From IMG/VR virus record IMGVR_UViG_3300045135_001635: a stretch of 64,000 bases of DNA. One strand, written 5' to 3'. This DNA is from a virus. Below, one piece after another: positions 54,703 to 63,226 of this stretch. Within the stretch, counting starts at the first letter, position 1, and each line of letters starts with the position of its first letter. The notes below the pieces were generated by a model. It searched no databases. It was not told the DNA's origin and saw only the letters and a list, made by a program, of their open reading frames with translations. A program made the position numbers and the translations under genes.

Positions 54703-55923
54703 TTACGATTGGGTTTTATCCCAGCCTTTTAATATATTTGGCGAAAAGTTGTTATATGAAAATTCCATACGGTCAACCAATTTCACAGCATCACCACCAA
54801 CAGTATCAATAGCAACATAACCCTCTTCACCAGTTACCTTATAACCGTTCGGAGTCTTTACGAATGTATCAATACGTTTAAGTTCGTTAAGTTTATTTAT
54901 AAGTTTTAATTTCGCTAATACGATGACACGTTGTAGTTCAAATATTTTAATAAGAGAAGCCTTATTAGAAGCCGAGAAGAACTCTAATAGCGCATCTAAC
55001 TTAGCTTGTTGCGCAGACTTACCTTTTTCAGTTTTACGCTTATCAATCTCTTTTTGAAACTTCGCTTCGATAAACTTGATTAAGTTATTAGTATACGCTA
55101 TTACGTCGGAAATTACAACACCTTCTCTCACATGTTTGTTATTAAATTGTTCGATTAACTTTGAAAGTTCTTGATTCGCTTCAAGCTGTCTTAATGTCGT
55201 ACCAGATATTTGATTGAATAGCTTACCTGCTTGAGATAATAGTTTATTGACTTCGTTAGTTTCTTTTTGCGTCATTGTCGCCTTTGACGCGTCAGTTAGC
55301 ATCGCATCCTGAGACCAAACGTCCTTCGTCTTTTTTAGTGCCTTGACGTTAACGCCATAGTCGGCTTTCATATCCTCAAAGGAATTACCCTTGTACGTAG
55401 TGTGCCAAACGATACCAATCTTAGCAGAAAGTATTTCTTTTGCTTGGTCTACAGGTACAGCATAGGCAATAGTATTAGGATGAAAGATTACGTATTTTTG
55501 TCCATCGATAGTTTTACTTTGTAAATCTTTTCGACTAAAAAGAAAGTCACCTTGAATAACACCATTAATACCGAGAGCAGGCAAATATTTAAGAGCGTCT
55601 TTAAGTTTTTCTGCCAAGTCACCGCTCGTATCTTCTTCAACATCTTCATTTGTTTTATATACCTTTGGATTCTTATTAAAGATCCCTTTCTTCGCAACAA
55701 AGAACTTACCGTCCGATGGATCCGTTCCACAAAATATAGCAGGAGCGCCGTCCCATTTTACCGAGACTTTACCGCTCGACTTTCCAGCCAACATATCACG
55801 TAGCGAGCGAAGTGCGAATATCGCTTCACGCGTACCTTTAACACCGCCATATATGACCTTATCCTCGATGTGAGTCATATGCGTGTTCTTTTGTTCTGTA
55901 ATAAAGTTTTTAAAATCTAACAC
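54703..55923 (-). CDS. DUF6267-like protein (ligase-type nucleotidyltransferase motif)
   Basis: KNTHM.HIED, VKWDGAPA (KxDG), QGDFLF, EGYV, KLVDR.EFS..NF. Confidence 0.7.
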   Translation of the reverse strand: MLDFKNFITEQKNTHMTHIEDKVIYGGVKGTREAIFALRSLRDMLAGKSSGKVSVKWDGAPAIFCGTDPSDGKFFVAKKGIFNKNPKVYKTNEDVEEDTSGDLAEKLKDALKYLPALGINGVIQGDFLFSRKDLQSKTIDGQKYVIFHPNTIAYAVPVDQAKEILSAKIGIVWHTTYKGNSFEDMKADYGVNVKALKKTKDVWSQDAMLTDASKATMTQKETNEVNKLLSQAGKLFNQISGTTLRQLEANQELSKLIEQFNNKHVREGVVISDVIAYTNNLIKFIEAKFQKEIDKRKTEKGKSAQQAKLDALLEFFSASNKASLIKIFELQRVIVLAKLKLINKLNELKRIDTFVKTPNGYKVTGEEGYVAIDTVGGDAVKLVDRMEFSYNNFSPNILKGWDKTQS

Positions 55924-57137
55924 TAGATTTTCCTTTTAGCAGACATCAACTCTACTTTGAATTTAGAATAATACTTTTGAGTCACTGCGTTCAATGGCCA
56001 AATTACTGCTCGAGCATTTAAGAATCCGCCTTGTTTAAGACCTTGTGCTGCTGAACGCATAATAAACATTACTGGTTGATACGGTGGTTTCTTAGGAAAC
56101 TTATCTTTAGAACCAGGAACTCTCGGGTTTAACATAATATGGTAGACGCCGTCCCCTTTTTCATCTAACGTTATAACACCGTGTTCGACCATCGAGAACT
56201 TTATATTTCCGTCTACTAAGACGTGACAGTTATCTAAACCGAACTTACCAGTAACATAATCTTTACCGAACATCACTATACCAGAAAGCATATCGTCGTT
56301 AATCGGCTTCGCGAAGTTCGTACCTTTTTTAGTTTTAGCTAAATCGAACATACCATTCTTATCAGGAGTTAGATTATATTCTTTTTCTAATATAAGGTCA
56401 ACTTCTTCTAAGAATTGATTGATGTACGCTGCGCTCGCGCCTTTAACAATTTTACTCTTACGCGAATTTTTAGCGTATCCTAGGTCGTTTCCAAAACCGC
56501 CATATTGCTGGAAGTCCGCAGGCTTTGAACCTAACTTATGAGAAACAAACACGACGTCTTTACCTTTAAAAGTAAACGCCATATCTGCCTTTGGTCTACC
56601 TTCTATTTGTCTAAATCCGTCTATCTTATATTGAGCAGACCCTAATAATAGAGTAACGTGATCGGCTTCTAGTTCATCTAGAATACCTTGGATAGAAGAT
56701 TGAGTCCTGATAGTTTCGGCTGTTTCTTGCTTCTCTGCTTTATCAACTTCTGTACTAATAGAGTTCGGTTGATTAGCTGCTACCCATAAACCGAATAGAA
56801 TAACTCTTGAAAGCTTATCCGTTTTACCGATATTACTCGCGTCTAATATTTCGCTATTACTATTCTTAAAAGAAGATTTAAAACCGGATTTAAAGCCAGA
56901 TATAGATTTAATAGAACTACGACCGATTCTATATGTTACCGTCTTTGCGAATATATAGACTTTAGGTTTTGCCGCAGCATTATCTTCAAAGTGCTTGATA
57001 GCTTCTAATACGACCGCGTCGTTCATCGCAGCCATGTTTATCTTTTCTTGATTATCTTTAGCAAACTTTTTTACGTCAGATATGCTCAAGTCGTTAGAAA
57101 ACTTATCTTCGTTGAGTAGTTCTTTAAATCTTTTCAC
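55923..57137 (-). CDS. PD-(D/E)XK restriction-endonuclease-like protein
   Basis: PKADM...VSHK...FQQYGG motif; GTG start, MKRFKELLNE. Confidence 0.55.
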   Translation of the reverse strand: MKRFKELLNEDKFSNDLSISDVKKFAKDNQEKINMAAMNDAVVLEAIKHFEDNAAAKPKVYIFAKTVTYRIGRSSIKSISGFKSGFKSSFKNSNSEILDASNIGKTDKLSRVILFGLWVAANQPNSISTEVDKAEKQETAETIRTQSSIQGILDELEADHVTLLLGSAQYKIDGFRQIEGRPKADMAFTFKGKDVVFVSHKLGSKPADFQQYGGFGNDLGYAKNSRKSKIVKGASAAYINQFLEEVDLILEKEYNLTPDKNGMFDLAKTKKGTNFAKPINDDMLSGIVMFGKDYVTGKFGLDNCHVLVDGNIKFSMVEHGVITLDEKGDGVYHIMLNPRVPGSKDKFPKKPPYQPVMFIMRSAAQGLKQGGFLNARAVIWPLNAVTQKYYSKFKVELMSAKRKI

Positions 57138-57169
57138 AAATTAAATCCGGAATTAAACTGTATTGGTGT

Positions 57170-57177
57170 TATTTATA
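57170..57177 (-). promoter_or_regulatory. late promoter TATAAATA heading the capsid-targeted gene run
   Basis: Exact consensus about 30 nt upstream of 57137. Confidence 0.75.
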
Positions 57178-57889
57178 TATCAAATGATACGTAGGTATTT
57201 TCTTTTTTATACTGACCGATGGTTTCTTTTAAAGGGCGGACCCAATTGTCTCGATGTTCAATAAAGACTTGAGGTGCATGACCGTCAACCGAGATAATGG
57301 TGACGAGTTGAGTGATAGGAATTCCTGTACGTTCTTCCCACATGATAGCATACGCCGTCTCTTGTAAGAAATAGTTTGTGATCCACTTTGTACGTTTAGG
57401 TTTGCGTGAGGTCTTGTAATCTATAATAGAAATCTTGCCGTCAAATACGCCGACGCAATCCACTCGACCAGCAACACCAAGGTGAGTTGAGTATAATGGC
57501 GCTTCTTGAGCGTAGACTAAACTAAGACGTTCGTCTAAGATAGGTTTTAATTGTAAAAAAGAATCGACAAGATCAGGCGTCGCTTTACGGATCTCGGTTT
57601 CGCCTTCGCTATTCTTAACAGGTATCATTAAATAATTAGGATCATTATTCACATACTTTTCGCATATTTCGTGAACAGCTGTACCGCGAGTAGAAGCTCG
57701 ATAAGAGATCTTTGCTGCTTCTTCGTGACCAACGCGTTTTTTCCATTTAGCGATACTATCGCGAGAAAGAATACTCAATACCGTCGTGATTGACGGAAGG
57801 TCTATTCCGTCAGGGGTTTTATAAGTCCGACCAGTAGGTTTGGTCGTCGCTTCCATTTCGTGTAATTCAATTTGTTCATGTTTAAACAT
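57173..57889 (-). CDS. PD-(D/E)XK exonuclease (RecB/Cas4-like)
   Basis: PSITTVL, RGT.VH, E, AGRVD, IIDYKTS, Q..AY. Confidence 0.88.
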   Translation of the reverse strand: MFKHEQIELHEMEATTKPTGRTYKTPDGIDLPSITTVLSILSRDSIAKWKKRVGHEEAAKISYRASTRGTAVHEICEKYVNNDPNYLMIPVKNSEGETEIRKATPDLVDSFLQLKPILDERLSLVYAQEAPLYSTHLGVAGRVDCVGVFDGKISIIDYKTSRKPKRTKWITNYFLQETAYAIMWEERTGIPITQLVTIISVDGHAPQVFIEHRDNWVRPLKETIGQYKKENTYVSFDI

Positions 57890-58446
57890 TATTTAAAATC
57901 CCTCGCAATAAGACTAGATATGAAGTCAACGACTCGTAAAGTATCATCAGAATTTTCGTGATTAAACTCTACGACGCATCCTTCTTCTTCACCGAATAAA
58001 GTTTGCTTATCGCCATACTCCTCAAGGATATTGTTACACTTGGTACGAACTGTTTGAATAAACTTATCACTTTGCTCGGAACCTCGTTCTTGATATCGGC
58101 GTTGGCGTTCTTCATCTGATACGGTAAGGTGTATTATAACCTTATTTTCAAAAATATCCAAGAACTTTTTATTATTTAATCTATCACCTTCACCGACAAC
58201 AATCTCATCAGGATTCGTTGAGAAGTATTCGACCGCTTTAGGGGATACCGCCATCGATAGACGATCGGTGCCGGAGAACGTTTCCCCTTCTTCATACTTA
58301 CCAAGGACTCGAATATTTCTATGAACGTGACTATCAAGTAAGTCAATCGGTTTATCGTGTTTAAACTCGCCTATTCTATTCATCAATGTTTTCATAACAG
58401 TTGACTTACCGCATCCTGGCATACCAATCAAATATATTAACTTCAT
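57889..58446 (-). CDS. P-loop nucleotide kinase associated with base modification
   Basis: GMPGCGKS Walker A; FSGTDRLSMAV; EGDRL; R..RGS.Q lid. Confidence 0.8.
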   Translation of the reverse strand: MKLIYLIGMPGCGKSTVMKTLMNRIGEFKHDKPIDLLDSHVHRNIRVLGKYEEGETFSGTDRLSMAVSPKAVEYFSTNPDEIVVGEGDRLNNKKFLDIFENKVIIHLTVSDEERQRRYQERGSEQSDKFIQTVRTKCNNILEEYGDKQTLFGEEEGCVVEFNHENSDDTLRVVDFISSLIARDFK

Positions 58447-59630
58447 AACATAAACTCCTCTAACACTGTAGGTTTGGCGTTGTTAAAATCATTTTCAAAA
58501 CACCCCCAACATTTATCCATCATTACTGGTTGCCCTGTTAGGCGATAATGATTTTGTTTCTCGGCACTTAGACCGCAGTCCTCAGGGTTATCTTCAAGGC
58601 GAAGCTCCGTAGGAAGATACTTTTTTCTTGCTTCCCAAAAAACTTTATAATCACTTTCGTTTTGCGTAACTTGTTCAGCTTTACGAATACGGTCATGGAA
58701 CATATCCATATAGACGTTCGGGTATCTACGATTAGGACGATGCCAAGATTTATAGCAACAAAGAGTAGATTCTAATGTGAAGTAACTCACGTCACGCTGA
58801 TTTATATCAGGATTAGATTTAAACCTTTCTTTCGCTTCAGTTAATAACTTTTCACCTTCAGCCTCAAGCCAAGTTATATGCTCGGGACGATACCCTTGAA
58901 AATCAGGGTTTAACTTATCGTGCCAATCAAGGTCGTCCCTACCTAATACGACCGATAAACCGTTCCTATGAGATTTAGAACCCTTCATATCATCTAAAAA
59001 TAGTCTATCACAATCAAGGTTGATACCTATAATTCTCTGATACTCAAGATAAGAAAAGGTCGAAAGCCTACCGAATAAAGAGAAGTTATTTATTACCATA
59101 TCCCAACATGATCTAAAGTTTTCGTACTCGTCGTCGCTACTACAAAGATTCGCCCAAAACTCCTCTTGAGTAGAATGTTCACTAAGTACGATCTTCTGAT
59201 AACTTTTTAACGCTTCGCTAAATTTAGATTTAACATATCGGCGATCCATATCCCAAACAAGTTTCGCCCAGTTTTCAAATATGTACTCTTGTATTTCATC
59301 TGCGTCAGAAGTAAACTTAGGGAACTTCTGAAATAAATCCCAAGTCGTAACGATGTTTTGAGATACGCCATTAATATAACTTATCCATAACATATCTTCT
59401 AACGATAAATTATATTCTTCTTTTAGGTAGTCAAACATGAAGTAGACCGCTCCTGGGTGAGAGCGGTACTTTAAATGAAATTCGTAAAAACGTAAAAATG
59501 TTTCTCTACGAAATTCAGGTCTACGGAAGTCAGACCCAGCCACTAAATCTTTTACGGGTTCAATACCGTGTATTTCACAGTAAGAACCTATAGGATGTTT
59601 ACTTTCTAAGTTTATCATAGAAGCACCCAT
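58443..59630 (-). CDS. amino acid:DNA transferase-like (aGPT-Pplase2, HhH-glycosylase fold)
   Basis: D.DRRY.K, FGRLSTFSYLE, GSKSHRNGL, ESTLC.YK...R..RYP..Y.D. Confidence 0.72.
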   Translation of the reverse strand: MGASMINLESKHPIGSYCEIHGIEPVKDLVAGSDFRRPEFRRETFLRFYEFHLKYRSHPGAVYFMFDYLKEEYNLSLEDMLWISYINGVSQNIVTTWDLFQKFPKFTSDADEIQEYIFENWAKLVWDMDRRYVKSKFSEALKSYQKIVLSEHSTQEEFWANLCSSDDEYENFRSCWDMVINNFSLFGRLSTFSYLEYQRIIGINLDCDRLFLDDMKGSKSHRNGLSVVLGRDDLDWHDKLNPDFQGYRPEHITWLEAEGEKLLTEAKERFKSNPDINQRDVSYFTLESTLCCYKSWHRPNRRYPNVYMDMFHDRIRKAEQVTQNESDYKVFWEARKKYLPTELRLEDNPEDCGLSAEKQNHYRLTGQPVMMDKCWGCFENDFNNAKPTVLEEFML

Positions 59631-61066
59631 TAAAAGAAATCTTCTAAAGATGCTTCTACTTTAAACGCGTCGGGGTGATACTCGCGAGTCATATCTTCAC
59701 CGCCGTGTTGAGTAAGGTAATCAAACCATTCTTGCTCAAACCACATATTCGCGCTCACGCCGTTCCAGAAAGGTTTCCACATTGGATGAGACTCATCTTT
59801 ACGGCGGTCATCGACAAACTGACGACGAAGATGTTCGTATTCCCAAGAGCCTAACCCGTCCATATCCTCACGGAAATAGAATACAAGCGACATACGTAGC
59901 ATATTATCTTCGCCTGATTCAGGAGACTCAATAGGAGTATTACCGTGTATAATACGCATATTATCTACAAGTAACAAGTCGCCAGGACGGCAGTTAATCG
60001 CAGCACGTACTTCAGGAGTTACGAGATAGCCACCATTCCAATCTTTACCGTCTTTTGTTACAACTGTTAAGTTGCTGAACCCTTCATTTAAAGATCCAGC
60101 GTCGCGGTGACAAGCCATACGAGCATTACGGTCTTTAGTAGTAGTATTTACAGTGATAGTCGTAAACGTAGTATCTTCGCCGATTAAGAAACGATTATCC
60201 AAACGATCAGCAAACTCTTTTTGGGCAGCGTAACGCTGAGGAAGTAAACGATTCATTTCTTTATCTAGTTTACGGGCGAATGGATAGCACTTCTCGAACT
60301 TTTTACGGTTGTAATCGGTATAAGCGGTGGCGCGACCGTAAGGGATACGAGGATAACGACCATAAAAACCAGCGATGCCCGACCATAATGGGGTAGCGTA
60401 TGAGGTTGAAGAGATCATTGTAGTGCGAATCTTTTTAGCGTACTCAACTGCTTCTGTAACGGGCATGTTTTTAAAACGTTCAATCGCTACGTCAAAGAAG
60501 TTTTCGTATACACCAAACTCGCCCTCAATCTTAGAACGTAGCCATACAGAACCGCGAGTATCATGCTTAGAGTTTTCGTGCTTCTTAAAGATTTCTTCTA
60601 ACGGATCAGATCCATCCAAACTTGCTGGTTGACCTTGCTCAAAATACTTTAAGATATCTTCTTGTAAAGGGATAACCCAGTCACGCGCATCACTCTTAGA
60701 ACCTTCAGGGCGAGGACCAGCTGCGAGACCACGGTTGTTAGATTTACCTGCTGCGTCGTACAACCCCTCAAAAGCGCCTAGCTGTTCTTCTGGTGTAAAT
60801 ACGTTTTTACGAAACTTAAACGCGACACGACTTTCATCAAGACAACCTAGACATTCATTGTCGCAAGTTGTTGATGTCGTCATATCACACTCGGGGGGAA
60901 GGTAAAAATCCGCGTCATGGTCGATTAGAATATCGTACGAGGTATCGTCGACGAACTGACCTAATACTTTTTCTTCGTCTTCAACGAATAATGCGATGTA
61001 GACCGCTTGACCTTCATCGCCTTGATACTTCTGCCACTGGCGACCGCCAATAGTTATTAATTCCAT
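59630..61066 (-). CDS. TET/JBP-family Fe(II)/2-oxoglutarate dioxygenase
   Basis: SGIAGFY.RYPRIPYGR.T.YT, T.FTTITVN, A.HRDAG (HxD), GDLLL, HGNT, R.SLV.YFRE. Confidence 0.85.
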   Translation of the reverse strand: MELITIGGRQWQKYQGDEGQAVYIALFVEDEEKVLGQFVDDTSYDILIDHDADFYLPPECDMTTSTTCDNECLGCLDESRVAFKFRKNVFTPEEQLGAFEGLYDAAGKSNNRGLAAGPRPEGSKSDARDWVIPLQEDILKYFEQGQPASLDGSDPLEEIFKKHENSKHDTRGSVWLRSKIEGEFGVYENFFDVAIERFKNMPVTEAVEYAKKIRTTMISSTSYATPLWSGIAGFYGRYPRIPYGRATAYTDYNRKKFEKCYPFARKLDKEMNRLLPQRYAAQKEFADRLDNRFLIGEDTTFTTITVNTTTKDRNARMACHRDAGSLNEGFSNLTVVTKDGKDWNGGYLVTPEVRAAINCRPGDLLLVDNMRIIHGNTPIESPESGEDNMLRMSLVFYFREDMDGLGSWEYEHLRRQFVDDRRKDESHPMWKPFWNGVSANMWFEQEWFDYLTQHGGEDMTREYHPDAFKVEASLEDFF

Positions 61067-61092
61067 AATATACTCCTATATTGTATACATCT

Positions 61093-61121
61093 ATTATAGC
61101 ATACTTTTTCAAATTTGTAAA
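61093..61121 (-). promoter_or_regulatory. sigma70-type promoter for the TET/JBP operon
   Basis: TTTACA-17bp-TATAAT, then AGGAG SD. Confidence 0.75.
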
Positions 61122-61135
61122 GCTTTTTATCAGAT

Positions 61136-61351
61136 TTATATAAATGCGTTATACACCATATACCAAAAGAATAATGATATACACGACAAAAGAGTCCATT
61201 TATGAGATTCAAAGAAGAAACTCAAGAAAGACCTTTTGGGTGCTTCAAAGGTAGATAGCTTATATTCAACTTGCTTCTTATAAGCATAGCCCAAGTCTAT
61301 TAAAGTAACTACAACATAAAATGATAGTAGTAGGTGTATAATTTTATCCAT
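61136..61351 (-). CDS. small membrane protein
   Basis: Two hydrophobic segments. Confidence 0.5.
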   Translation of the reverse strand: MDKIIHLLLSFYVVVTLIDLGYAYKKQVEYKLSTFEAPKRSFLSFFFESHKWTLLSCISLFFWYMVYNAFI

Positions 61352-61686
61352 TAGAACTCTCCTTTAGTGCCATATTTTTCGTAGTAGCGTGCTTCCGATT
61401 CACGTTGTTTTTCGAGACGTAGTGCTTGTTCTTGAAGTTTCTGTTCAACTCCAGGACGACTACGAATGTATGTGAATGCTGCTTCGTACGCTTCGTTCAC
61501 CAATGCAATAACTTTCTTATCTTGAAGAAACTCAAATTGTGGCTCACCCTTTGGGGTCATCAAGACTGGGTAACCATTCTCCGCAAGAAGCGCGAGACAT
61601 TCGTGTTTGACGCGTCTAGCATTGTTGAAGTAAAGACCGCAATCAGATACGTCTTTTAAGAATTGTTCAATTAATTGTTCTTTCAT
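61351..61686 (-). CDS. hypothetical protein
   Basis: ORF with AAGGA SD. Confidence 0.55.
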   Translation of the reverse strand: MKEQLIEQFLKDVSDCGLYFNNARRVKHECLALLAENGYPVLMTPKGEPQFEFLQDKKVIALVNEAYEAAFTYIRSRPGVEQKLQEQALRLEKQRESEARYYEKYGTKGEF

Positions 61687-61695
61687 AATGATTCC

Positions 61696-61920
61696 TTATT
61701 TCAAAAAAGCGATTCGTTGGTTCCAAGGTAAGTCTTGACCAACCTGAACTTCATACCAGTAGTTTTTCTGTAGGAATTGTAACTCTTCTTCATTCAATTC
61801 AACTTCGAAGTAATGTCTAACTGGGCAGTCTGGTTCAACTTGACCACACTCTTTATAAAGAACATTGATAAGGATTTCTTTCCAAGCAACCAATGCTTGT
61901 TCAGCGCCATAGAATTTCAT
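61696..61920 (-). CDS. hypothetical early protein
   Basis: GAGGAG SD; behind promoter copy F. Confidence 0.55.
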   Translation of the reverse strand: MKFYGAEQALVAWKEILINVLYKECGQVEPDCPVRHYFEVELNEEELQFLQKNYWYEVQVGQDLPWNQRIAFLK

Positions 61921-61940
61921 AATATATCTCCTCACTAAAG

Positions 61941-61984
61941 AAGTACATTATACTTGTTTTGAGAACGGATGTCAACACTTTTTT
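61941..61984 (-). promoter_or_regulatory. early promoter repeat, copy F
   Basis: TTGACA-17bp-TATAAT. Confidence 0.8.
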
Positions 61985-61987
61985 GAA

Positions 61988-62104
61988 TTAAATTGTAGCG
62001 ATTGAACTCATTAAGAATAACGAAAATCCAACTACACTAAGCAATACAGCCAGTGCTAATCCATATGCGTATATACGCGCTTTTAAATGTTTCTTAAGAC
62101 TCAT
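61988..62104 (-). CDS. small membrane protein (38 aa)
   Basis: Manual translation MSLKKHLKARIYAYGLALAVLLSVVGFSLFLMSSIATI; GAGG SD. Confidence 0.5.
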   Translation of the reverse strand: MSLKKHLKARIYAYGLALAVLLSVVGFSLFLMSSIATI

Positions 62105-62136
62105 AGTTTTCCTCTTAGTTTAATTAGGTGTTAGTG

Positions 62137-62343
62137 TCAATAACTTTGAACCAAGAGTTCGATTGACGTGTTACCCATAAATTGTGAAATAACAAGAGGG
62201 TCTTTCAACTTATACTCTGATTCTAATATCTCTAAACACATAGCCTTTCTTTTATATAGCGGTGCTTCAAATATCTCAGGGTGGTCGTCATCAGTAAAGA
62301 ACACCCGATATTGAGTTATCTTTCTAATACTATCTATTACCAT
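62137..62343 (-). CDS. hypothetical protein
   Basis: ORF track. Confidence 0.5.
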   Translation of the reverse strand: MVIDSIRKITQYRVFFTDDDHPEIFEAPLYKRKAMCLEILESEYKLKDPLVISQFMGNTSIELLVQSY

Positions 62344-62356
62344 AAATTAATTATCC

Positions 62357-62623
62357 TCAGAAGTCAAGTGACTCATACTTTTCGGTGTACTTATTAAGCA
62401 TTGGAGCATATACATCAGCATACCATTTATCAAACTCGTAAGAATCTTTTTGATACTGCATCAATGCCATTATTGAATTTGCTAGGGTTAAGTTATACGA
62501 ATAATCATCTACGTGAATATACTCCGTACCTGTATAAAGAATCGTTTCTAAGTTGTCGTTTAATAAGTCAGCAAACAATGTGTCCATTGACTCTTCTGAT
62601 AGTTCTAGTTTAACCGTATTCAT
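62357..62623 (-). CDS. hypothetical protein
   Basis: ORF track; GGAG SD. Confidence 0.55.
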   Translation of the reverse strand: MNTVKLELSEESMDTLFADLLNDNLETILYTGTEYIHVDDYSYNLTLANSIMALMQYQKDSYEFDKWYADVYAPMLNKYTEKYESLDF

Positions 62624-62836
62624 TAGTCTTTCTCCCGAAATACTTTCAACGTTCGCAAATCGTCTTGTAATTGAAATGTATGCTTTGCGTATGATACAAC
62701 TTGACGACCTTCTCCCTTAATCCACTCTGTAGTAATCAGACACACTTACTACTGTTTCTAAAAAATTAGGGTAAAAAGAAAAGTCACCGTCGGTGGTAAA
62801 CTCCACACCGTCTTTAAAGCGTACAAAAAACTTCAT
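62623..62836 (-). pseudogene. frameshifted small gene
   Basis: 39-aa ORF stops at 62717-62719; another frame continues EWIKGEGRQVV...LQDDLRTLKVF to a stop coupled to the next ATG. Confidence 0.5.
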
Positions 62837-62837
62837 G

Positions 62838-63137
62838 CTATGCTCCTAGGAATTTTTCAAGTGCTTCGTATTGATCATCTTTCAGGTTTTCACCGTAAAA
62901 TGAAAGTTCTTCGCTACCGTCGTCAAACTTAGCGATGGCATAAAACATACCAGCGTAGTCACAGTCGAATTGGATATAACCTTTTTTGTCTAGGCTTGAA
63001 AGATAACCTTTGGCTTGTGCTACGCTGTAACCCTCAATGTCATCGACCATTAAGTGACCACAGCTACGACCAGCTTCTAGGAATGCGCGGTAAGCTTGAA
63101 TTTCTTTAGTAGTTAAGTTGTTAGTAGCGATTTTCAT
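62838..63137 (-). CDS. hypothetical early protein, possible winged-helix
   Basis: LT.KE...Y and AKGYLSSL.KKGYI. Confidence 0.55.
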   Translation of the reverse strand: MKIATNNLTTKEIQAYRAFLEAGRSCGHLMVDDIEGYSVAQAKGYLSSLDKKGYIQFDCDYAGMFYAIAKFDDGSEELSFYGENLKDDQYEALEKFLGA

Positions 63138-63147
63138 AATATAATAC

Positions 63148-63200
63148 CTCTCTCAATTCAATACAAGTATTATACCTGTTTCAAAAACAAAAGTAAAGGA
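63148..63200 (-). promoter_or_regulatory. early promoter repeat, copy G
   Basis: TTTACT-17bp-TATAAT + ACTTGTATTGAATTGAGAGAG. Confidence 0.85.
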
Positions 63201-63226
63201 TTATTTTCCTTTATTTTCATTTATTT

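Noticed and set aside
57173-57889. Cas4 of a CRISPR system
   Set aside because: No Fe-S cysteine set, no cas genes or array; a common T4-like exonuclease.
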